A program made the translations under genes and the position numbers. A model generated the notes under the pieces. It saw only the letters and a list, made by a program, of their open reading frames with translations. It had not been told where the DNA came from and made no database searches. This document shows positions 17,831-24,000 of a DNA stretch of 24,000 nucleotides, piece by piece. Each line of letters begins with the position of its first letter. Position 1 is the first letter of the stretch. Where the stretch lies: NCBI RefSeq assembly GCF_009834025.1, contig NZ_CP047156.1, forward strand, positions 2,850,067 through 2,874,066, in the 5' to 3' direction. The stretch is from Epidermidibacterium keratini. Lineage in GTDB: Bacteria > Actinomycetota > Actinomycetes > Mycobacteriales > Antricoccaceae.

Positions 17831-17866
17831 GCCGGCCACGGCGGGAGCACAGCGTCCGCGTTGGAT

Positions 17867-17884
17867 AGGTCACGAAAGGTCACG
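17867..17884. promoter_or_regulatory. Phased direct repeat upstream of the rpf promoter (candidate MtrA-type site)
   Basis: AGGTCACG at 17867-17874 and again at 17877-17884 (10-bp period), about 30 bp upstream of a TATAGT -10-like hexamer (17914-17919). Confidence 0.4.
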
Positions 17885-17933
17885 GCAGGGTAGCGGGAGC
17901 GTAACCAGCCCGTTATAGTCTTGTGACCGAAAG

Positions 17934-18005
17934 CCAGGATGGGGAAGTCCGGGTATTTTGCCTCGGGGCACACGTGTGCCCGGACGCGCCTGTTCCCCTG
18001 CCTGG
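17934..18005 (+). promoter_or_regulatory. Structured 5' leader upstream of the first rpf gene (possible cis-acting RNA)
   Basis: Nested complementary segments CCAGG/CCTGG (17934-17938 / 18001-18005), GGGGAA/TTCCCC (17941-17946 / 17993-17998), TCCGGG/CCCGGA (17948-17953 / 17979-17984) and palindrome GGGCACACGTGTGCCC (17966-17981). Confidence 0.5.
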
Positions 18006-18027
18006 ATGACATCACCATCGGAGAACC

Positions 18028-19236
18028 GTGCGTCTTTCCTATCGTGTCGGCCTGAGCATCCTCGCGGTTATCGCCATCGTCGGCGGGACCTTCGCGTTCA
18101 AGGCCCTCGGCAAGTCCGTGAACGTCGTCGTTGACGGCAAGTCGCAGACCGTATCCACCTACTCATCCAACGTCGAGGACGTCCTGGCCGATGCCGACGT
18201 CGACGTGAAGAACCGCGACGAGGTCACCCCGTCGCTGAAGTCCGGCGTCAAGGACGGCGCCGCGATCAACGTGACCCGCGCCCGGATGGTCAACTACACC
18301 ATCGATGGCGTGCAGGAGGCTCAGTACCTCACCGCCCTCACCGTTGACGACGCGCTGCAGGAGCTTGGCGTCGCTGACAACGCCGAGGTCTCGGCCGCTC
18401 GTGACGAGCAGATTCCGCTGAAGGGCACGTCGCTGGAGATCACCACCTCCAAGGACATCACCATCAACGTTGACGGTCAGCAGCTGACCGCCTCCTCGAC
18501 CGCGCCTGATGTCGCCACGTTGCTGGCCGACAACGGCATCGTGCTGGAGCAGCAGGACTACACCGACCCGCTGGCGACCACCGCGCTGACGCCCGGCATG
18601 ACGATCACCGTCAACCGCGTGCGCATCACGCAGGTGCAGGAAGTCCAGACGATCGACTACCAGGTCATCGAGCAGCCCGACGGCGGTCTGGAGAAGGGCG
18701 ACAAGAAGACCGCGACCGAAGGCGTCGAAGGCGAGCAGGTCGTCACCTACAACGTGACCACCACCAATGGCGCGGAGACTGCCAAGGAGCAGGCGGCCGT
18801 GCAGGTCACCAAGGAGCCGGTCAACAAGGTCGTGCTGGTCGGCACTGCCGAGCCCGCTCCGAGCACCTCCTCGAGCGCGCCGAGCACCTCCAGCGGCTCC
18901 GGCTCCGGCGGCTCTGGCAGCGGCTCTGGTTCCGGCGGTGGCTCCGGCTCCGGCGGCGGCAACACCGGCGCGCAGCCCCCGGCTGACAGCAGTGGCCTGA
19001 ACTGGGACGCCCTGGCGCAGTGCGAGTCCAGCGGCAACTGGGCCATCAACACCGGCAACGGTTACTACGGCGGCGTGCAGTTCGACAAGCGGACCTGGGA
19101 TGCCTATGGCGGATCGGCGTACGCCGCATACCCGCACCAGGCGAGCCGTGAGCAGCAGATCGCAGTGGCGACTCAGCTGTACAACGCTCGCGGCATCCAG
19201 CCGTGGCCGAAGTGCGGGCCGAAGCTGCTCTCGTAA
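18028..19236 (+). CDS. rpfB: Resuscitation-promoting factor, RpfB-type (DUF348 repeats, G5 domain, transglycosylase-like domain)
   Basis: N-terminal membrane anchor, three DUF348-like repeats ([28 protein letters not shown]...), G5 region, Gly/Ser linker, catalytic [42 protein letters not shown] start with upstream GGAG. Confidence 0.93.
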   Translation: MRLSYRVGLSILAVIAIVGGTFAFKALGKSVNVVVDGKSQTVSTYSSNVEDVLADADVDVKNRDEVTPSLKSGVKDGAAINVTRARMVNYTIDGVQEAQYLTALTVDDALQELGVADNAEVSAARDEQIPLKGTSLEITTSKDITINVDGQQLTASSTAPDVATLLADNGIVLEQQDYTDPLATTALTPGMTITVNRVRITQVQEVQTIDYQVIEQPDGGLEKGDKKTATEGVEGEQVVTYNVTTTNGAETAKEQAAVQVTKEPVNKVVLVGTAEPAPSTSSSAPSTSSGSGSGGSGSGSGSGGGSGSGGGNTGAQPPADSSGLNWDALAQCESSGNWAINTGNGYYGGVQFDKRTWDAYGGSAYAAYPHQASREQQIAVATQLYNARGIQPWPKCGPKLLS

Positions 19237-19247
19237 TTACGTGTCAC

Positions 19248-19286
19248 CACGGCGCGGCGGCAGTCTCGGCTGCCGCCGCGCCCGTG
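19248..19286. terminator. Strong GC-rich hairpin between the two rpf genes
   Basis: Perfect 13-bp stem GGCGCGGCGGCAG / CTGCCGCCGCGCC (19251-19263 / 19270-19282), 6-nt loop, extended by CAC/GTG with a 1-nt bulge. No poly-T; function uncertain. Confidence 0.5.
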
Positions 19287-19310
19287 TCATTCAACGACCA
19301 GGAGTAACCC

Positions 19311-20555
19311 ATGGGTAGGCACAGCGCGCCGTCGAAGCGCGAACTGCGCCGTCGCGACGCGACGCAGGCAGTCGAGCACGCCGCGCCAATTCTCGATGAG
19401 ACCGTTGTGACCGAGTCATCGGAGCCTGCCGCCCCGGTCGCTGACGAGAAGCCGCAGAAGTCCGGTGGCTTTCTGGCCGGTGCTGGCCTGCCGCGACGGC
19501 TCGCGCTCGGTGCCGCCGCAAGCATCCTCGTGGCCGGCACTGTCGGCTTCATCGGAATGGGCAAGTCCGTCACGGTCGTCGTTGACGGCAAACCGGTCAC
19601 CGTGACGACGTACTCCACGACCGTGGAGGGCGCCCTGCAAGATGCTGGTGTGGACACCAGTGACCGTGACGAGGTCAAGCCGACCCCGGCGAGCGCGGTC
19701 GAAGACGGCACGACCGTGGACGTCGTACGCGCTCGCCCAGTCACGCTCAATATCGACGGCACGCCGACCACGAAGTGGGTCACCGCGCTCACTGCCGACG
19801 AAGCGCTCGACGAGCTCGGGATGACCGACTACGCACTCGCCTCGGCCGGGTCAACCGCGATCCCGCTGAAGGGCGCCAGCCTCGACGTCGCGGCCCCGAA
19901 GAACGTCTCGATCAACGTCGATGGTGGCGCGCAGCAGATCGTCACCTCCGCGAGCACCGTCGCCGACGCGTTGGCCGATGCCGGCATCGAGCTGGGGCCC
20001 GAGGACGTCACTGATCCGGCGCGCGAGGTCAAGCCGACCGAGGGCATGACGGTGACCGTCACCCGCAACGACACCAGCACGGTCGTTGAGCAGCGCGACA
20101 TCCCGTTTGCGGTCGTCGAGCAGAGCAACCCCGACGAGTACGTCGGCATCGACACCGTGGCGACCCAGGGCGTGGTCGGCAAGTCCAGCGTGACCGTCCA
20201 GATCACCAGCGTCAACGGCATTCAAGTATCGGCCACCGACGTCAGCACCGAGATCGTCACCGCTCCGGTCGACCAGGTGATCTCCAAAGGCGCCAAGCAG
20301 TTTCCGGCAGAGGTCGAGGCGCTGAACTGGGACGCGCTTGCGATGTGCGAGTCGACGATGAACCCCAAGGCGGTCAACAAGACCAACGGCAAGTACTTCG
20401 GGCTCTACCAGTTCTCGGTCGAGACCTGGGCCGGTGTCGGCGGCACCGGCAACCCGATGGACGCGAGCCCTGAGGAGCAGAACGCCCGCGCCCGGATCCT
20501 GTTCATGAAGTACGGCGCCTCCCAGTGGGAGTGCGGAAGCAACCTCTACGCCTGA
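19311..20555 (+). CDS. Second RpfB-like protein (DUF348 repeats, G5, divergent C-terminal transglycosylase/lysozyme-like domain)
   Basis: [36 protein letters not shown] parallels the upstream Rpf; C-terminus [61 protein letters not shown]; AGGAG upstream of the ATG. Confidence 0.88.
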   Translation: MGRHSAPSKRELRRRDATQAVEHAAPILDETVVTESSEPAAPVADEKPQKSGGFLAGAGLPRRLALGAAASILVAGTVGFIGMGKSVTVVVDGKPVTVTTYSTTVEGALQDAGVDTSDRDEVKPTPASAVEDGTTVDVVRARPVTLNIDGTPTTKWVTALTADEALDELGMTDYALASAGSTAIPLKGASLDVAAPKNVSINVDGGAQQIVTSASTVADALADAGIELGPEDVTDPAREVKPTEGMTVTVTRNDTSTVVEQRDIPFAVVEQSNPDEYVGIDTVATQGVVGKSSVTVQITSVNGIQVSATDVSTEIVTAPVDQVISKGAKQFPAEVEALNWDALAMCESTMNPKAVNKTNGKYFGLYQFSVETWAGVGGTGNPMDASPEEQNARARILFMKYGASQWECGSNLYA

Positions 20556-21409
20556 TGGCCCTGCTCGGCCCTGCTCGGATCCGAGAGCTCGCAGATGAGG
20601 TCGGTCTGCGTCCGACGAAGACCCTCGGACAAAACTTTGTGCACGACGCGAATACCGTGCGCCGGATTATCGCGGCGGCGCAGCTGGAGCCCGATGACGT
20701 GGTCCTTGAGGTCGGTCCGGGTCTTGGCTCGCTGACGCTGGGCCTGCTGGAGGCTGGGCACCGGGTAACGGCGGTCGAGATTGACCCAGCGTTGGCGGCG
20801 CGACTGCCGCAGACCGTGGCCGAGCTGGCGCCGCACGCGGCCGACCGGCTGCAGGTGGTCAGTGGCGACGCGATGCGGATCAGCGAGCTGCCAGATCCGC
20901 AGCCAACGGCGATGGTGGCCAACCTGCCCTATAACGTCTCGGTGCCGGTGTTGCTGCACCTGCTCGCTACTTTCCCTTCCCTGCATCGCATCTTGGTGAT
21001 GGTGCAGGCTGAGGTCGCGCACCGGCTCGCGGCCGCGCCGGGCTCGAAGCTGTACGGCGTACCGTCGGTCAAGGCTGCCTGGTACGCCGATGTGCGGCTG
21101 TCGCTTACGGTCAGTCGGCAGATCTTCTGGCCGGTGCCGAATGTCGACTCGGCGCTCGTGTCGCTGACCCGCAGGCCGGCGCCGCGCTCCGACGTACCCG
21201 TGCAGTCGGTGTTCGCGGTCGTCGATGCGGCCTTTGCACAGCGGCGCAAGATGCTGCGCGCCGCGCTCGGTCCGCTTTTTGGCTCCTCTCAGGCCGCTAC
21301 CACCGCACTCGAAGCCGCCGGGGTCGACCCGACCGCGCGCGGGGAAACCCTGGACGTGGAAGACTTCGTGTCTATAGCCCAGCAGTGGGACGGCTCAGGG
21401 ACCGCCTAG
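20555..21409 (+). CDS. rsmA: 16S rRNA (adenine(1518)-N(6)/adenine(1519)-N(6))-dimethyltransferase
   Basis: [61 protein letters not shown]; ATG overlaps the preceding TGA (TGATG). Also known as ksgA. Confidence 0.94.
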   Translation: MALLGPARIRELADEVGLRPTKTLGQNFVHDANTVRRIIAAAQLEPDDVVLEVGPGLGSLTLGLLEAGHRVTAVEIDPALAARLPQTVAELAPHAADRLQVVSGDAMRISELPDPQPTAMVANLPYNVSVPVLLHLLATFPSLHRILVMVQAEVAHRLAAAPGSKLYGVPSVKAAWYADVRLSLTVSRQIFWPVPNVDSALVSLTRRPAPRSDVPVQSVFAVVDAAFAQRRKMLRAALGPLFGSSQAATTALEAAGVDPTARGETLDVEDFVSIAQQWDGSGTA

Positions 21410-21431
21410 TAGAAAACGGAGACTTCGACGT

Positions 21432-21542
21432 ATGAGCGATCGACGGGTTCGCGAGCATCGCAGGCGATGGGGGCGGCGAGCGTGCGAGCCGGTCGCCAGA
21501 GCCGAGGAGCGGAGCGGTTCCGGAGAGAGCAGGGCAATATGA
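21432..21542 (+). CDS. Candidate 36-aa small ORF translationally coupled to ispE
   Basis: ATG 21432 preceded by CGGAGA; translates to MSDRRVREHRRRWGRRACEPVARAEERSGSGESRAI and its TGA overlaps the ispE ATG (ATGA). Not in the supplied ORF track (length below its cutoff). Confidence 0.3.
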   Translation: MSDRRVREHRRRWGRRACEPVARAEERSGSGESRAI

Positions 21543-22459
21543 GCGCACCGATTCGGGTTGACGAGTATGTCGTCGCCCGAGCGCCGGCGAAGATCAACCT
21601 GCATCTTGGCGTCGGGGCGGTGCGTGAGGACGGCTTCCACGAGCTGGCGACGGTTTTTTGCGCCTTGTCGCTGAGCGACGAGGTGATCGCGAACGCGGCT
21701 CACGGGTTGAGTGTGAGCACCTCCGGTGAGGGTGCCGACGAGGTCCCCGACGACGAACGCAACCTCGCGTGGCGGGCCGCAGCGGCGCTCGCCGAACGGG
21801 CCGGGGTCTCGGCCGATGTCGAGCTGTCGATCAACAAGCAGATTCCGGTCGCCGCCGGGCTCGCCGGGGGCAGCGCTGACGCTGCGGCGACGTTGATCGC
21901 CTGCGATGCGCTGTGGCAGACCGGTGCGGCGAAGGCCGACCTGATCGAGATTGCGGCCGAGCTCGGCAGCGACGTCGCGTTTTCCTTGACTGGGGGACTG
22001 GCACTCGGCACCGGACGCGGTGAGCTGCTGTCTCCGGTGCTGGCCGCCGGAAAGTGGCACTGGGTGCTTGCGGTGGCACGCGGTGGGCTGTCAACGGCGC
22101 AGGTGTACGCCGAGCTGGACCGGCTGCGCGAAGGCCAGGAGGAGATCCCGCTGCTGACGCCGGACCGTCTGATGAACGCGTTGCGCGCGCGAGACCTGGA
22201 TCTGCTCGGGGAGAACCTGCACAACGACATGGAGCCTGCGGCGTACTCGCTGATGCCCGAGTTGCGGCGTACCCGTCGCGCTGGGCTTCAGGAGGGCGCG
22301 GTGGCCGCGGTGATGTGCGGGTCCGGTCCGACGTTTGCATTCTTGACCGAAGACGAGGAGTCGGCGATCGACCTGGCGGCGGCGATCTCCGCGCTGGATG
22401 TCGCACGCACGGTGCGTACGGCGACCGGCCCGGTCACCGGAGCGCGGATCGTCGCCTAG
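21539..22459 (+). CDS. ispE: 4-(cytidine 5'-diphospho)-2-C-methyl-D-erythritol kinase
   Basis: ARAPAKINLHLGVG, KQIPVAAGLAGGSADAAATLIAC and MCGSGPTFAFL GHMP-kinase motifs. Confidence 0.94.
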   Translation: MSAPIRVDEYVVARAPAKINLHLGVGAVREDGFHELATVFCALSLSDEVIANAAHGLSVSTSGEGADEVPDDERNLAWRAAAALAERAGVSADVELSINKQIPVAAGLAGGSADAAATLIACDALWQTGAAKADLIEIAAELGSDVAFSLTGGLALGTGRGELLSPVLAAGKWHWVLAVARGGLSTAQVYAELDRLREGQEEIPLLTPDRLMNALRARDLDLLGENLHNDMEPAAYSLMPELRRTRRAGLQEGAVAAVMCGSGPTFAFLTEDEESAIDLAAAISALDVARTVRTATGPVTGARIVA

Positions 22460-22471
22460 CGACTGCAGACC

Positions 22472-23080
22472 CTACTTCTTCGGAGAGAGGCGAAGCGTTG
22501 GCTTGGCCTCAAGATGCGACAGGCCGTTCCAGGCCAGGTTGACCAGGTGGGCCGCGACGACGTCCTTCTTAGGCTTACGCGCCTCAAGCCACCACTGCCC
22601 GGTCATCACGACCATCCCGACGAGGGCCTGGGAGTAGAGCGCGGCGAGCTTGGTCTCGTAACCACCGGCCTTGAACGAGCGGTCCAGGATGTGCTCGACC
22701 CGGGAGGCAACGTCGTTGATCAGGCTGGAGAAGTTGCCTCCGGCGCTGCCGACCGGCGCGTCGCGGGTGAGCACCTTGAATCCGTCGGTGTCGTTTTCGA
22801 TGTAGTCCAGCAGCACCAGTGCCGCCTTCTCCAGCAGTTGGCGCGGGTGCCCGCTGGCGAGAGCTGTTTCGAACCGCTCCAGCAGCGTCGACATCTCGCG
22901 GTCCACGACGACGGCGTACAGCCCTTCCTTGCCACCGAAGTGCTCGTAGACGACCGGTTTGCTCACGTTCGCCCGCGCCGCGATCTCCTCGATCGAGGTG
23001 CCGTCAAAACCGCGTTCGGCGAAGATGACCCGACCGATCTCGACAAGCTGCTGGCGTCGCTGTGCCCCGGTCATTCGCAT
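22472..23080 (-). CDS. TetR family transcriptional regulator
   Basis: RRQQLVEIGRVIFAERGFDGTSIEEIAARANVSKPVVYEHFGGKEGLYAVVV HTH. Start 23080 or 23074. Confidence 0.92.
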   Translation of the reverse strand: MRMTGAQRRQQLVEIGRVIFAERGFDGTSIEEIAARANVSKPVVYEHFGGKEGLYAVVVDREMSTLLERFETALASGHPRQLLEKAALVLLDYIENDTDGFKVLTRDAPVGSAGGNFSSLINDVASRVEHILDRSFKAGGYETKLAALYSQALVGMVVMTGQWWLEARKPKKDVVAAHLVNLAWNGLSHLEAKPTLRLSPKK

Positions 23081-23120
23081 GTGGGGCAGTCTCTCATGTC
23101 CGCCGTCGCGGACCTGCGGC

Positions 23121-24000
23121 TCAGGCAGGAGCGTCAGCGAGCTTGGCCTTCACTCGCTCCGGGGACGGCCACTTGACGTTGTGCGCCCAGCCGAGCTTCT
23201 CGAAGACCCAGATGAGCCGCGCCGACATGTCGATCTGTCCGCGCATCACGCCGTGCCGCGCCGCGGTGGGGTCTGCGTGGTGCAGGTTGTGCCACGACTC
23301 GCCGGCCGACAGGATCGCCAGCGGCCAGTAGTTCGCGGACATGTCGCGTGAGGAGAACGGACGCTCACCGACTGCGTGGCAGATCGAGTTGATGCTCCAG
23401 GTGACGTGCTGCAGCAGGAACAGGCGCACCAGCCCGGCCCAGAAGAACGCGGTCACCGCACCCATCCAGGACCAGGTCACGAGGCCGCCGATGATGGCCG
23501 GCAGGAACAGGCTCAGCAGCGCCCACAGGCCAAACAGGCGGCTGACGCGGTTCAGTGCGGTGTTCTTGATCAGGTCCGGTGCAAACCGCTCTTTGTTGGT
23601 GCGCTCGCGGTCGAAGATCCAGCCGACGTGCGCCCAGAACAGGCCCTTGGCGAGCGCGCCCGCGCTCGTGCCGTAGCGCCACGGCGAGTGCGGGTCGCCG
23701 TCGCGGTCGGAGTAGGCGTGGTGGCGGCGATGATCGGCCACCCACTGCAGCAGCGGACCCTGAATCGCCATCGAACCGGCGATGCCGAGCGCGACACGCA
23801 GCGGCATCTTTGCCTTGAAGGAGCCGTGGGTGAAGTGCCGGTGGAACCCGACGGTGATGCCGAGCAGGCCGACGAAGTAGAACACGACGCCGAGGGCGAT
23901 ATCGACCCAGCCGATGAACGAGCCCCAGGCGAGGGGTACGGCGGCGATGATCGCCACGATGGGGAAGAGAACGTAGACGTAGAGCACCAGATACTGCGCC
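23121..24000 (-). CDS. Membrane fatty acid / acyl-CoA desaturase (5' end truncated by the window)
   Basis: Three His boxes: HRHFTH, HRRHH, HNLHH. The ORF is open through to the window edge; the listed start codon at 23987 is an internal GTG. Confidence 0.93.
   Translation of the reverse strand, partial: AQYLVLYVYVLFPIVAIIAAVPLAWGSFIGWVDIALGVVFYFVGLLGITVGFHRHFTHGSFKAKMPLRVALGIAGSMAIQGPLLQWVADHRRHHAYSDRDGDPHSPWRYGTSAGALAKGLFWAHVGWIFDRERTNKERFAPDLIKNTALNRVSRLFGLWALLSLFLPAIIGGLVTWSWMGAVTAFFWAGLVRLFLLQHVTWSINSICHAVGERPFSSRDMSANYWPLAILSAGESWHNLHHADPTAARHGVMRGQIDMSARLIWVFEKLGWAHNVKWPSPERVKAKLADAPA

Noticed and set aside
17974-18009. 11-codon upstream ORF (GTG TGC CCG GAC GCG CCT GTT CCC CTG CCT GGA TGA) in the rpf leader
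   Set aside because: No clear ribosome-binding site and very short; cannot be separated from chance without Ribo-seq.
17867-18027. c-di-AMP (ydaO) riboswitch upstream of rpf
   Set aside because: Such riboswitches do precede actinobacterial rpf/NlpC genes, but the conserved ydaO core segments are not recognisable here; kept only as an unclassified structured leader.
18163-19137. 324-aa minus-strand ORF antisense to the first rpf gene
   Set aside because: Ala/Gly-rich translation mirrors the rpf repeats and linker; no independent evidence of coding.
20557-20578. 10-nt tandem duplication GGCCCTGCTC x2 at the ksgA start (possible phase-variation tract)
   Set aside because: Loss of one copy would frameshift ksgA, but two copies in GC-rich DNA is weak evidence, and [12 protein letters not shown] matches the expected KsgA N-terminus.
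1-24000. Defence island, prophage, transposon, CRISPR, toxin-antitoxin or biosynthetic gene cluster
   Set aside because: Every large ORF with recognisable motifs is a conserved chromosomal enzyme, transporter or regulator; no att-like direct repeats, integrase/transposase motifs or CRISPR-type repeats seen.

Overview
High-GC actinobacterial chromosomal segment, gene-dense and mostly core/housekeeping. Order: RsmC-like methyltransferase, TrmH/SpoU-family RNA methyltransferase, GrpB-family protein; aldo/keto reductase with a MerR regulator (-); Pmt-type mannosyltransferase (-) divergent from rsmI (+); an MFS transporter with an in-frame amber codon (-) divergent from marR (+); DAACS-type symporter (-); biotin operon bioB-bioA-bioF-bioD (-) divergent from a BioQ-like TetR regulator (+); corA (-); metG, tatD-family nuclease, two tandem rpfB-like genes, ksgA and ispE (+; matches, from memory, the M. 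tuberculosis metS-tatD-rpfB-ksgA-ispE order); TetR and a membrane fatty-acid desaturase (-, truncated at the window edge). I found no CRISPR array, transposon, phage module, toxin-antitoxin pair, tRNA or rRNA, and no convincing novel multi-gene system. The points worth a second look are regulatory and structural: a stop codon at a conserved MFS Gln; a duplicated TGAAC-N3-GTTCA operator at bioB; a MerR operator inside a 19-nt promoter spacer; operator-like repeats at marR/MFS; a strongly structured leader and phased AGGTCACG repeats before the first rpf gene; tandem rpf genes with divergent catalytic domains; small ORFs overlapping the starts of ispE and corA; and several leaderless-type promoters. 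All calls come from reading the sequence only; no searches or folding programs were run.
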